A stretch of DNA of 63,020 nt, filler included, from Basidiobolus ranarum (GCA_040143965.1; 7 parts of 7 records of this genome joined end to end with filler, not necessarily neighbours in it), one strand, 5' to 3'. Counted from the first letter of the whole stretch, positions 12,736-25,755 are shown. Notes: a model not told the origin generated them from the letters alone. Numbers and translations are program-made.

Positions 12736-13129
12736 TGAAAACACTTACTAATCATGTAGACACTTTGAGCAGTAACCAACCATGACTGACTACTGGAACA
12801 ACATATAACTGCTGATTAATACTGATTGATCACCAGTAAACTGCAACTGATGGTACTAATAACATTGATATGGGATAAAACTTATATACTGACAGTACTA
12901 ATATAAAGCTAGTATTGATAATACTGAATGTTGCAAAACCTAACTAATACTTATGCTGCTATAATTAGGTTCATCATAGCATTTATCTCAGGCCATACAA
13001 ATGAAAAATTATCAATTAGGATAATGGTGAAGATTGTGTATTTGGAATACATGGCAGACTGCAGCTTCAGAATTGGCACTTTGCAGGAAGTAACCAACAA
13101 TATTCCAGCAGTACCAGTGCTCAATTTAA

Positions 13130-14020
13130 CCATAAATCAGACATAATTATGTTTGTAAGATTTACTGGGACCTAGAAGTTCAACCAGAAAGAAACATAAG
13201 CTACAATCTAGAGTTTATGTGAGTCCACACACTTTAGATCAAACTCTGGAGTGTTTAGCATTAAAGTAGTAACAATTAATACAGATATTCCCAAACCCCT
13301 TTAGTATGTTTTGATGAAACTTGTGATCCAATAGCCAAGTTCAGCTCCGTTTACTCTTTTTGGTCACTGGCAACTCTCCATGACCTCAATTTACATTTAA
13401 TGGAACCAAAAGCAACCTTGCTGAATGGAGTTCCAAAACAGAAGATCTATAGGGAGCAGCCAGCTGGTTCAGCTGACCGCAAATATCTTGAAATGGGCTT
13501 TGAACAGTTGAAGCTAGCTTATGAAGTGAAGCAACTAACTATGGTATGACACAACAAGCTAAAAGTATATTAGCAATCTTGGAAATTGCACATATTTACA
13601 GCATTTCACTGTTCATTGAGCAAAACATTAGGAAATTGAATCCACATCTTGGCTGTGTATTCAGATGAGCTATCCATAGGTGCAAATGATCTAGAAGCAC
13701 TCAAACTGACAAAAATGAGTGTAGCAAACCAAGTTTAAATGACCACTATGGGTCATATCAAATATTTCCATAGAATCAAAATCAAGAGAGACACACTCAA
13801 CAAGCTAATGATATTAAATCAGTCTAGATACATGCCATACATGCAAAAGTGTTTCAACATGATGAATTCAAGCATGTGTCTACACCAATGGATCCCATAG
13901 TGAAATTAATTAAAATTTGTCCCACTTGTCCCAGAGTAACTCAAATCAAAACCCAAAGCTCTTTCATCAGTCCATGGTGAGCTGCTATTTATGCAATGGT
14001 CAGAACGTGTCCAGACATTC
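13130..14020 (+). mobile_element. Second decayed copia RT fragment
   Basis: Paralogous to 10900-11800 (actttagatcaaactctggagtgt, atagccaagttcagctc, atgatctagaagcact). Confidence 0.75.
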
Positions 14021-16245
14021 ATAAAAGCGTCTTTGGACTTAGAAGAGTTTTGAACAAATTTAGGATATATCAGTCAGATCTCTGAGATTCATTGAGTTGG
14101 ATAAGTTCCATATATCTTACTATGGAACAGACCATTAATGAGCTTGGAGCATAATAAGCAGGGATGTACACATGCACCAAAATTTGTGGTGATTTGGCAA
14201 AGTTTTGAGTTTACAGTGAAAATAGATTAAAAAACTGAATGATATACTGTTCAATTAGAGCCAAGATACATGTTTTGCAATATCACCATTCAGTGCTAAA
14301 TAATGATAATACTCAAAAACTGACAACTAAGTAAAGAGTTGCTCTTTGTTGATGTTCAAGAATCATTGCTGTTTGGCTGGAGCAATTGGCAAATACATTA
14401 AAATCTAGGATCTGACAAAAGTAGCACTAAAGCAAAGATTTAGCAATTGAGAAGGAGCTGTAGATCCAGCTCTAAAATACTTTGATACTATCCAAAAACC
14501 CTACTGTATACAACTATTCAAGGCAAATAGATATTGGGCTTCTTTGACTAGCAAAGCAAAAGAGACCAGTAGAGTTCAACTTCTCAATTGTCCTGCACAA
14601 GATAGGATTACTGACATCTCAATCATGCCTATGCCTAAAGCCAAATATTAAATGTAAACATACCATAACTATACAGAAAATGCCAACTAAGGCTGATGAA
14701 AATTTTGAAAGTGGCTTATAGTACCATATCATGTGATATTTAGTTTATTTGTTTTCTAATCATTCAGCAATCAATCTGACATTCAAAAGAGTTTGTTTGT
14801 TGGCCTAGTCAACAGACTTGTCATTCAGATCCTCTGTGCCAGCCTTTATAATCTTCTCAAATCTTCCCCAAATCACCTCAAGTTTCTACCCAAGCTATGC
14901 AAATATATTTGTGCTAATTTTAACTTGTCCAGTAGCCCTACTATATACTACACTAATAACAGGACATATTAAATTCAACAAATCTCAAGTTTCTAACTCA
15001 TGGATCAAAATCATGTCAAAACCCTTATGGTTCATCTAAGCACTTTTAACTGCATTACAACAATGTGGAGCTATTGCTTCCCCTGCAATAGATCTGCAAT
15101 GGACCTGGTGTTAAGACTGCTCTGCTGATGTAAGAGCATTGACAAATAGCACAGCAAGAAGTACTTTTGATGGCTATCTTCAAGCTTATTACCTGCTAAA
15201 ATTGCTTACCCAATTTGGAACTGATTGGATCAAGTTTTGAAATTGATTCTATTCAATATGTCCTGTGAATAGTTCAGTATGAATAAGAGCAATTGGATAT
15301 ATTGAGTTATAAAATACAAGCTTATAGAGCATTGGTGAAAATTGGAGTTATATGTTTAAGTTTTGGGAGCATATTGCCATTAGGGAAAAATAATCCAACT
15401 AATATGCATATCAAGAAGAGGACTAAGCTGTTTTATTGCTGCCAATGAATATAAAAGAGCCCGTATATGAATAAACAAATGTCACATAATTTGTAGCAGC
15501 TCATACAATTTCAGCAACTTAATCTGACAAAAGTTAGTTATGCATGTCAACTTGAAATGATTGATATGAAAGAGTTAGGTTTTTTCCACTGGATCAAAAT
15601 ACAGCAAGACAAACCAAACTGAAAATCCTGATGAGCCAATCTGGAACCACCCTGTAAGACATTAACAGATGCAAATTGAATGTGAGAAATGAGTGCTAAA
15701 AAATCATCAAATGTTTGAACTTACCACTATATGTTGAGATGTCATTGTACTAATTTCTACAAAAGGGATATTTGTAAAAAGCTATAATTAAAACATAAAA
15801 TACAAAGGAGCTTAGAAATAGAGCATTTTTTGATGTCCATCATACCATTAACAACTAAGAAATATTCAAAAATATGGTATTTTGATTTGGTAGCTTTTTT
15901 GTACATTTAACAAAAAGATTGGTTTTCTTGTATTGAGCAAAACAAAATTAGAAAAGGTTAATAGCCAATGACTATACACTGGATGCAAATAAAAGGGCAC
16001 TATACATTCAAAGCATATTTTAGCCTACATACAGCTGCTTGAATTGTGCAAGTAGTAACTTCTTCTGATTCTTTGATAGATTGAGCACACATCCACTTTG
16101 AGGGCTGTGCTTTCATCTCCAATATAGTAGTCATAGGCACACAATAGAGCTTCTTGAATCCAGTAGGGACTACCTTGAAATAGCTTTGCAGATTTCCTGA
16201 ACGACTCTTGATAAATGTATTTTGGGGATTTGGAAGTGTTTTAGA

Positions 16246-16550
16246 CAAGTTTTGGATTTGTGAATTAGATACTTAGGTTTTATTGAATTGAATATGTCCT
16301 CTTTATAGTTTACTAAGAAATAGAGCAATTGGATGTGGTTAGATCATTACAAACATGCCTTTTAAGCATGGGTGAAAATTTCAGTTGATTTGGAGAAATT
16401 TTGAGAAAATAATGAAAACTGGTAAAAGTGATCTACTTGATATTTCTATCAATTAGAGCAATATGCACATGTTATTGAATGGCAGAATGGAATGCTAAAT
16501 AAGTAGAATATGAACAAACTCACCAATAAGTAATGAGTTGCTACTTACCT
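16246..16550 (-). repeat. ~300-bp dispersed repeat; right arm of the inverted pair
   Basis: Reverse-complement similarity to 12431-12735; further partial copies at about 14050-14310, 14850-15040 and 15220-15365. Confidence 0.7.
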
Positions 16551-16589
16551 ATTTTTAACAGTTTTTACATTCTATTCCAATTGACTGCA

Positions 16590-17623
16590 TATAAAAGATA
16601 CTGTTTAGCTTTCATGAAATATGTAACCTTTATCATAGGAGAAGGGCCTGTATCCTGGAACAGCTACAAACAACCAACCATAGCCTTATCAACTACTGAA
16701 GCCAGATATATGACTGTAACTTGAGCAACAAAAGAGGTCACATGGTCAAGAAGTCACCTTCAAGACTTGAACTTCCATCAATATAGCCCACTAACATTTA
16801 TAGGGACAATCAAGGATATATTGAATTCACCAAGAATTCTGCTTTCCACAGGTGAACTAAACACCTTGATATTTAACATCATATTGTGAGGAAGCTTGAT
16901 CAAGATTTTATTCATCTGGTATGTTATCTAACAGATAATGTAATGTGCCATGCTCTGACCAAGGAATCATAATGGGGAAGTTTACTAACTTGCTAAACTT
17001 GATGAAACTTGGAAGTTCAATGAAATTAACCAGGGGGAGAATTGAAACATACTTACTTAGTTGACTAGTTAGGTACTACAGTTAGTGATATTTGTTACCA
17101 CTGCTTATCAATTTTATTTGTCTATCATCAAGATCTATTTACTAATAACTATATCCTTTATGAGTGCAATATTTAGCAATGATTAGAGCATGTTTCTTGG
17201 CAAGTGATAAGTGATTATGATAAGTATGAGCTATTGTCTGCTGATGGTTTAGTATCAAGTAATTAGTCATTGTGAGCTACATGATAGTCTTGTAATAAGT
17301 TCCATGGTGGGTCACATGATCCTTTCCCTTCCCTGCTAGCAGGTCACATGACCCACATGACTGTACCATGTCAACAAGAAGCAGTTGATTGTGATGAAGT
17401 CTCAGGATATTGTAGCCAAGAATTGTGCCCTCTATTGAGATGTAGCTAGATCCTGATATGGTAATTAATTAGTAATCAGCAGATGAGGCACTACTCCTTT
17501 GATACAGCAGCTTGAGTACAAATGTGGGAATACTGCTCCCAATAGAGTTCAGTCCAGTTTTAGTGAATAAAGTACTGCCTTGCTCAATCCTCTATAGTTG
17601 TTAGCTAATTAACAATTATAACA
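16590..17623 (+). mobile_element. Copia 3' end: RNase H remnant, polypurine tract and probable 3' LTR
   Basis: GPVSWNSYKQPTIALSTTEARYM, TKHLDI; PPT AGGGGGAGAA at 17032-17041 followed by TG at 17043. The LTR right boundary is uncertain. Confidence 0.7.
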
Positions 17624-17840
17624 CTTGAGCCATAGCCATTTATCCTGCTTCAGTAGTTCAAAGGATATAAAGAGTAGTTTTTTGCTAATCTATGACACAA
17701 CTTCTTCACTGATGATAAAGATATATACCATGCTAGGGTTTATTTTTATCAAAGTCTCCAGCCCCATTGGAGTCCCTATATCCTGACACTTGGTGTTCTT
17801 GTGAAGGAGGTGAATATTGAAGATAGTGATTTATAGTTCC

Positions 17841-17963
17841 TGTTGGAGGATATTGACATAATGGGGTAGACTTTGAGTATTAGAAGCAACTTATGATAGT
17901 GTGTTTTAGTTAGTTTATTCTTAAGAGTATATGGTGACTTATATAGTAGAAAAGTAAATCAAT
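17841..17963 (-). repeat. LTR-like repeat family B, truncated by contig end
   Basis: Reverse complement of 83-205. Confidence 0.75.
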
Positions 17964-18063
17964 NNNNNNNNNNNNNNNNNNNNNNNNNNNNNNNNNNNNN
18001 NNNNNNNTTAATTAATTAANNNNNNNNNNNNNNNNNNNNNNNNNNNNNNNNNNNNNNNNNNNN
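17964..18063. other. Artificial contig spacer
   Basis: N-run/TTAATTAATTAA/N-run. Confidence 0.99.
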
Positions 18064-18206
18064 CCCCCCCACTATCCATTTATTCTTAATAATATACACA
18101 CAACATAAAAAAAACAACAATACTCTTTGGGGGGGGGGGGGGGCCCGGCTCTTTGGAGAAACCAAGAAAGTTTAAATATAAAGTGAAAGAAAATAATAAA
18201 GGATAT

Positions 18207-18388
18207 TCGCTAGTGATAAACGAGATAAACTCTGAGACACATTCCTGAATGGTTTCTTTGGCTTCTTTGGCGATCTTCGCATTATCTGGTAAACTACGTT
18301 TCATAATACGTGCTACGTTAGCGATAGGTAAGAGACGGTCTTGTTCTCTAATATCTTCGTGGTCATCCAGTAGATTTTCCCCTGACAT
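18207..18388 (-). CDS. HAP3: NF-YB/Hap3 CCAAT-binding factor subunit, first coding exon (rest is beyond the contig end)
   Basis: [61 protein letters not shown] is the NF-YB histone fold; homology stops at an intron starting at 18206. Confidence 0.93.
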
Positions 18389-19079
18389 GGTGATAGGAAT
18401 AAGAGTTAAAGAATAGGAGAGTTGAGTTGAGTTAACAGGTTTAGATAAGGAATAAAATAACAAGTAATAGTATTCTAGAGTTCAAAGGACAAGTATCGTA
18501 TAGTTAAAAGTATTTTGGTTTCCTTTCAACACGTCTTAGTTAGGTAAAAGTAAGCAATTTACTTTGTCAATAAATTCATCAACACAATAAAAAGTGACGC
18601 GCTTAATGATCAAAATCTACCTCAAATACCCAACCATGACATCCAATATGGGTAAAATAGGAAGAGTGACAGATAGGTCAGGTGGATGTTACTGCAAATT
18701 CATTGGTTCTTCAGTATAAACAATGTGTTTCTGATCTCAGTGGATTTTTTTTTGTCATCTCTTAATGCATGCAGAATATCCCTATGGAAAGGTTGCAATT
18801 ACATGGATAAATTAACGCTGATTAGTTGATTCTTCAACCAAGCAACATATCGTCTATTGTAAATATGAATTATCTTGTTTAAGGGAGAAGTATGAGAATG
18901 AAATGCCCGAAGAAACAATGAGTTGGTGTTGCAACAAATTAGTACAAAACGTTCTGGAAAGGAAGTATGAAATCAATAAGATGTATGGGCACTCGACCAA
19001 CTAGTTTACATAGCAGAGAATTAGAAAGAATGTGTAGGAAAATATGGGTGGGGAAATCACAAGATGCAAAAAGAAGTAA

Positions 19080-20149
19080 CTATAAGAAGTAGTCGGGCGT
19101 ACGACGAGATACATGAGGTTCACCTCGTCTAGGGGCCGGGTCGAATTGAAGGAACGTATTCTTCATATGTTCGTCAATCTCCATTATAGCCGCTTGATTG
19201 CCACAGCGATAGCAATAATTGGGCGCACTAAAGATGGTCACTACATTTTGATCTTGACTCCAACTGTAGCCCTCCATAACAAGTTGATGTGCTCTGGCAA
19301 CCAGACTTAATCCGTTATTATGGTTGAAGGTTTCGGATATATCTTGACCGAAGGTATAGCCTGCTCCTCTGGGTGAAATACCCCAACCTGGACGATCATC
19401 TGGGTCAGACCAGAGTAAATCGCACATAGGTCCTTCGTGAGGAACCTCTTGGATACGATCCAAAGCTCGAATATTATCAAGAGTATCAATGGAGGGAGAG
19501 AGACCACCATGGAGACAGAATACCTAACAAAAGAGAACCCCGGTCTCGTTAGAGATACATTATGGGTGTATTGAGTTAATCAAGTTAAAAAGTCCCTAAC
19601 CTGGTCTTCAATAAGGGCTGTGAGGGGAAGATAATCGAACAAGTCAGTAAAGTACTTCCATACGTTGGCATTACCATACTTTCGCAAACATTCATCATAG
19701 AAGCCATAAACTTGAGTAATCTGTCTAGATTCATGGTTTCCACGAAGAATGGTAATACGATCTCTGTGTCGAACCTTCATAGCAACCAAGAGAGAAACTG
19801 TCTCAACGGAATAGTATCCACGGTCTACATAATCTCCCATGAAAAGGTAGTTTGTATCTGGAGAATTTCCACCAATATTGAAAAGTTCTATGAGGTCGTG
19901 GAATTGTCCATGGATATCACCACAAACGGTGACTGGACATCTGACACACTGAACATTTGACTCCTCCCTTAAAATCTCTTTAGCCTAAGAAATATAGCGA
20001 GTGAGAAATAAAGCAAAAAAAAACTGAACTGATGAAAAATGGTTAGACTTTACCTTTTCACAGAGATTTTTAACATCAGCCTCTGAAAGCTGCTTGCATT
20101 GGTTCAAATGTTCGATCCAAGCATCTACAGTACTAAGTTCCGAGTTCAT
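19080..20149 (-). CDS. PPH21: Protein phosphatase 2A catalytic subunit, 3 exons
   Basis: [29 protein letters not shown] and C-terminal TPDYFL; two GT-AG introns. Confidence 0.97.
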
Positions 20150-21031
20150 TTTCAAAAATAAACAAAGGTTTCTACAAAAAACTAGAGGGATGAGTGGTAA
20201 GAAACAAGGGAACTTCAGTTTATATCCATACCAGTGTATCAGAAGCAGAGTTTAGCTAGGAACTTAGTTAAGACCTAGAGCTTGAAGTTGCTGTATCCGC
20301 ACCAACAAGTAATACTTTGAAAGTTTTCTTCAACTTATCAACAAACCACATTGGCCAGTAAATTTCTCGGTTAATAACTGTCATTGGGTACATTCAAGAT
20401 TTGGTTACAATATTTAAATAGCCTCCGAATTTCTACGATCAGTGAATAATAAAAGTTGTTTATTAGTAACATTTAACTACAATCCCACTCATACAAATAG
20501 CGTGGTGATCTACGTCACCAACGGCTTGATTGGACCTCTGAAGATTGGTGAAAGTATCAAGTTCGACCTCAACTAATTCGCAAAGTACTGTCTAGCTAGG
20601 CTATAACACTGATGGCTATACAATCCAAGCCCAGATCTGGATTACTATCGGATACATATTTAGTGGATTTGATTACGACGTGGTAATCTCAATTTCAGAT
20701 CCGTATATTTGTTCTACAATCAGTTATCGGTATTTGTATCCGGATTATGGAGAAGGTATCAAGATATGGATGGTTTTCTCTAGTACCCAATTCAAAAATA
20801 GCAGTCGATTTATTTTGGTTAGGATGAGTAAAAGCAAGACGATATAACGGTGGAATGAGTGGTTAGGGTTAACCAAAGAACCAAATCTTCTAGCTCAGGT
20901 CGGATTGTATGGGTAGAAAAGTCGAATGAAGGTTGTAACCTACATATTATGGGCACTTGTTTATTGTAAGGTGAGAAAACTGTATGAATGTACTAAACTA
21001 GACTAGGATACTATTAAAGGTGATTTGTAAT

Positions 21032-24000
21032 CTACAAAAGGCAGGTACCAGGTGCCGGAGGTTTGGGTGTAATTTGGGGTTGCGCACGATTGTGAATCAT
21101 GTGTGATTTTACTAAATCACCTGAAGCTAAAGCGGCGCAGAGTGATAATTCACCAGCTAAGACAGCTGCACAAATTACACGTGCTAGTTGCTGAGCATTG
21201 GCTCCGGGTTCCGTGGCATGAGGTCCGCGTACACCAAGAATATCTAGACATGCTGCTTGAGGTGGAAGCTGAGTACCACCTCCAATTGTACCTACTTCAA
21301 TTGATGGCATTGTACATGTCAACAAAAGATCTTGTCCTTCGTTAACTGCTTCCATCAATGTAATACATGTTGAACTTTCAACATTCTGAGCAGGATCCTG
21401 CCCAGTGGCAAGATATATGGCAGTGAGGATATTGGCGGCATGAGCGTTGAAGCCACCAATTGAACCAGCCATGGCAGAACCAACCAAGTTTTTGGAGATA
21501 TTCAATTCAACCAACGCACTAACGGATGTCTTCAGTACCTTTCGGACGACGTCTCCAGGAATTACAGCTTCGGATACAACAGATTTACCACGACCTTCAA
21601 TCCAGTTTATAGCAGCTGGCTTCTTGTCAGTGCAGTAGTTACCACTAAGAGAGATGATTTGCATTTCTGGAAATTGTTCTTGCATGGCAACCAATGCTTT
21701 CTCGACACCTTTAGAGATCATGTTCATACCCATGGCATCTCCCGTGGCAGTTACAAATCTAATGTATACTAAACGTCCAGCCAATGTAACCTTTAGCTTC
21801 TTGAGTCTCGCAAAACGACTGGTAGAGTTAAAGGTAGATACAATGAATTCGAATCCTTCTCCTTCAACCCATTTCTTACAAGCACCAGCACGAGTGATAT
21901 TAGGAAATTCAAGCACAGGTCCTCTGGTCATACCATCGTTAGTCAACACAGTGATGGCACCTCCACCAGCATTGATAGCCTTACAACCACGAGCAGTAGA
22001 AGCAACAAGACAACCTTCAGTAGTGGCCATTGGGATATGATAAAGCTTGCCATCTATACTCAGAGGACCAGCAATACCAACTGGAATTGGCATATATCCT
22101 ATGACATTTTCACAACACTGGCCAATTACCTTGGAGTAATCATAATGTTCGACGGGAAGTAAACTGCCCTCAAGCGTTTTGGTAGTAGAAGCACGAGAGA
22201 TCAAAGAACGACGGACCCTGACAGCACGTACATGATCTTTTAAAACCTTCTCTAATGCATATGGTGCAATTTTGCCGTTACTAACAAGTGATAAAACCTC
22301 AGGGTCAGTGAGCCCATTAGGTCCTACGTCGGAATTAAGTACGGCGAGACATTCGTCAACAGAGCGGATAACATCACTGGTAGGGATTTCCACTTTCTCC
22401 ACCGGTTTAGAAGGAGAAACAAGTACTGGTGCTGGAGTTGGTGCTGGGGTTTCTGATTTAGTAGACATCTTGTTAATAGAGATTGCAGATTGCTCTACAT
22501 CATGGTGTCCAGTCTTGGAAAGATTGTACAAATAAGCATTGAAAACCAAGGAGGCGACTAAACAAAAGAAGGTCAAGACGTAGACGATGGTATCCTTCAT
22601 GTACAAGTCAATCAGATTGGCAATAACGTATACAGACTCCATCAATTCTCTAATAACGGATCCGGAGTTAACTAGGCGAAATACCAAAGGAGCGGAGATA
22701 TCAACAATAAGAGGAAGTCCATTTTGATGACTAGAGAGAAGGTCAAGGCCAGACTGAATGGAGGGCTCACTAAAATCAAGAGAGACGGCCGAAAAGTCCT
22801 TTGTCGATTCGTTGTTCAGAGGACTGTAGATATTGAAAATATGAGTAGCCAAGAATCCAAAGATCATCAACAATTTGATGCGAGAAATGGTGGGGTTCTC
22901 TAACTTCTCCACAGAATCGGTACCGGTGCTATCTTTAAGAGCTTCAATAGTCAAATGTTTGATAAAGGCTGGGCTAGTATCGTTACGCTCCTTTTTACCG
23001 CCATTAACTCTTTCTTCGCGGATGCGGATCAAATCGATTTTGATGGTTAAGACAGCAGTATAGAAAGTGAAAAGGAAAATACAATCAAAGAAAAGAATAA
23101 AAGCGGCCAAAGCAGAGAATTCTTTGAGTCCATGAACGTTAGAAAACGCACCACAGGCTAACAAAGCAATCTCCAAAAAGTAACTTTTAAGGATGGTCCC
23201 ACTAACATTTCTGACACCTGATAGAACTTTATCTTGGACTGATAAAGGAGTAGTTACACCATGTCCATTTCCAGCAACAGCCTGAGCAGATGCAGTAGAG
23301 TTGGCGAACATAACGGCTTTAGTCAGAGTATAGGGTTTTTCAAAACCTACGGTAATGACCAAAAAGGGAATGGCTTCACTCAACATGACAAGATTGATCG
23401 GGATATTTAGAGCACGAACAGTAACTAATGCAAGCATAAATGCAGAGATGCTGGACATTAAAACAGTTAGAGCAAGAGTAATTTTAGAACCAATCTCACG
23501 CATGTTAAGGAAAAGAACAGCAATTGTTCCGTGCATTAAAATGTATGCAATCAGAACCAAAGTGACTTCGGCGCTATTAGCTTGGTCCACTAGTTCCTTA
23601 ATCTTGAAAGCAGCATTGGTGAATAAGGTGGCCAACCAGTAGGCAGTTGTACTGTCTGATGCAAGTGTGGGTGGGACAATATTAGCAACTTGAGCTAGAG
23701 AAGCTCTCTCCTCCCATTGTGAAATAAGACTCTTCTCCTTCTCATTGTTATTATCAAAGATATAGGTAAGAACATGGGTTGAGGAACTAGCATCGATCAA
23801 GTCGAGTTTAGAGCTTAAACAGGTAGAGTCGGAAAGTTTGAAGCACAGGTGATCTTGGTAAGTGTAGAGTCCTGTTGTATCGGAAACGGTCATATTACTG
23901 GAAAGATATTTGTTTAACTCAGTGATGGGCGACAAGTGTTCACGAGAAAGTTCACTCTCAGAGGCTTCATTGAAAGTACGTTTTGAGGACGAAATCAAAA

Positions 24001-24259
24001 CTTGTTTCAAGTGATAGCGAGGGAGATTTTCGTATTGCAGACCATCGATAATTTGATGAAGAGGAATAAACTTGTTATCAAGACGAACTACAGTTGCACT
24101 GCTCTGCTTTGGCAGTTGTTCGGCAAAGAGATTGGAGTATCTGATATTATGCCAAATAGCATAATATGCGCTAGAGAAGACAATCAAGCATAAAATGATA
24201 ACTTCGATTGGGTTTTTTACAGAACGTGAGGCGGCAGCTTTAACTGGCGATACAATCAT
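21032..24259 (-). CDS. HMG1: HMG-CoA reductase (class I, sterol-sensing domain), intronless
   Basis: ENVIG, PMATTEGCLVAS, DAMGMNM, GQDPAQN; membrane region EAIPFLVITVGFEKP. Likely start is MIVSP at 24259. Confidence 0.97.
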   Translation of the reverse strand: MIVSPVKAAASRSVKNPIEVIILCLIVFSSAYYAIWHNIRYSNLFAEQLPKQSSATVVRLDNKFIPLHQIIDGLQYENLPRYHLKQVLISSSKRTFNEASESELSREHLSPITELNKYLSSNMTVSDTTGLYTYQDHLCFKLSDSTCLSSKLDLIDASSSTHVLTYIFDNNNEKEKSLISQWEERASLAQVANIVPPTLASDSTTAYWLATLFTNAAFKIKELVDQANSAEVTLVLIAYILMHGTIAVLFLNMREIGSKITLALTVLMSSISAFMLALVTVRALNIPINLVMLSEAIPFLVITVGFEKPYTLTKAVMFANSTASAQAVAGNGHGVTTPLSVQDKVLSGVRNVSGTILKSYFLEIALLACGAFSNVHGLKEFSALAAFILFFDCIFLFTFYTAVLTIKIDLIRIREERVNGGKKERNDTSPAFIKHLTIEALKDSTGTDSVEKLENPTISRIKLLMIFGFLATHIFNIYSPLNNESTKDFSAVSLDFSEPSIQSGLDLLSSHQNGLPLIVDISAPLVFRLVNSGSVIRELMESVYVIANLIDLYMKDTIVYVLTFFCLVASLVFNAYLYNLSKTGHHDVEQSAISINKMSTKSETPAPTPAPVLVSPSKPVEKVEIPTSDVIRSVDECLAVLNSDVGPNGLTDPEVLSLVSNGKIAPYALEKVLKDHVRAVRVRRSLISRASTTKTLEGSLLPVEHYDYSKVIGQCCENVIGYMPIPVGIAGPLSIDGKLYHIPMATTEGCLVASTARGCKAINAGGGAITVLTNDGMTRGPVLEFPNITRAGACKKWVEGEGFEFIVSTFNSTSRFARLKKLKVTLAGRLVYIRFVTATGDAMGMNMISKGVEKALVAMQEQFPEMQIISLSGNYCTDKKPAAINWIEGRGKSVVSEAVIPGDVVRKVLKTSVSALVELNISKNLVGSAMAGSIGGFNAHAANILTAIYLATGQDPAQNVESSTCITLMEAVNEGQDLLLTCTMPSIEVGTIGGGTQLPPQAACLDILGVRGPHATEPGANAQQLARVICAAVLAGELSLCAALASGDLVKSHMIHNRAQPQITPKPPAPGTCLL

Positions 24260-25755
24260 TATATGGCTTTCTCCACAGAATAAATAACTGGAATAGAGGG
24301 GCAAAAACTGGAGAAGAGATACTGGGAAGGAAAACCAACAATAAAGAGCCAGGGAGCCAAGAAACACTAGGACGATGTGATTGTTTTATGGAAAATAAGA
24401 GATTTTAGATATGGAAATAGTTAATACTTCGTGGCAAAGAGTAAGAACAAGTAATATTAGCCCAAAACCCCAAAGATTAGGAAATGATTGGATAAGGAGC
24501 GTGTAAGTTCGGGTTCCACACTCTGACTAGATATATATATGTATGATCTCCTTCCATTTTGAAAGCATGGCAATGTTGCAACGATGATGAATCTACGATT
24601 ATTTTATTAGCGGGTTAATTATGCAGTCTAATCAGCAGTGGCAGTGGTAGTAGCCGTGGTACAGCCGAAATTCTCAATAGATATGAGAATGATCCCACAT
24701 AGAAATCACTTTACACTGCAGGGACATAAATTTAAAGAAGAGCCAATCCTGTCTGACCGAATTAATCAAACACAAATAAGACACTCCAGTTGCCCTTATT
24801 GCTCTAATTGTCGATGTTGCCCTTATATGTGGTGTACAGCTCCTCTTGCACACTGGATTGCTGCTACATTTCTTATAAACATGCAAACCTCTGATTGTCA
24901 TGATTTGAGACTTGAGTGCCTGTGTAAATATTCTGATGCCGCGCCCCACATTCCGATTCAACTGATGAAACTAGACAAATCGCTCACACATGCTCTGACC
25001 CTTGCTTGTCACTGATTTGTCTACAGGAACGTGCGCCGAAACCTGATACGTCATCTCCCTCTATATATGTAGGAATTCTATAACGCATATACGCTGCATG
25101 TAAAGTACAGTCGATTGTCTACTTTTGCAGAATCATCTGACATCGAATGAAACAAGCACTAATACTTGGCATAAAATAGCAAATACTTTCTTTATCCAGC
25201 GCAGATCAGCCCTGGCTTTAGCCGCTGACCCTGGCAGTCCCAGAGGGTCAATATTTTTAATTTACTTGTTAAGCAGACAATACTAGCCAACGCTACGAAT
25301 GCTGTACTGTGGTTCTACACCCCTCGTACTCCGCTTAAAGTGGCTCAGATGGTCCAATCCTGATGCTGCCTAACCACGATTCCAAACCATGGTCAACTCT
25401 CCTTCTGGGTTAGAACGTCAAACCCACACGATCAGCTCTTAAATCACCCACGATCAGGTACGCAACGATCCATCCGCTCTAGACCACTTACACTTGTTTA
25501 AACTGAATACCCGACTGCCACCAAATCAAGATAACAGATCACACGGTTTTCAGAAGGTGAAATTCACCAATCAAGACAAGACGCTCTATTATCCGCAAGC
25601 GATCCTGGAGTTCTTTATTTGTAATGCACCAGGTGGAGTATCCACTATTTTTCTATTTCCATTTCTATTTCCGGGTTTTCCTCTTCAATCAATCTTTCGT
25701 AAACACACTATCTCTGAATTGTATTCTTCACTGGTTATATTGGTAATAAAGCAAG

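Noticed and set aside
21103-24193. Numerous + strand ORFs overlapping HMG-CoA reductase (likewise over PHO89, kinesin, PP2A, Sel1)
   Set aside because: Antisense or alternative-frame shadows of real genes with no independent motifs.
25420-25472. ATCACCCAC / repeated ACGATC as sterol-regulatory elements for HMG-CoA reductase
   Set aside because: Imperfect match, ~1.2 kb from the start codon and closer to the bZIP gene; cannot be distinguished from chance.
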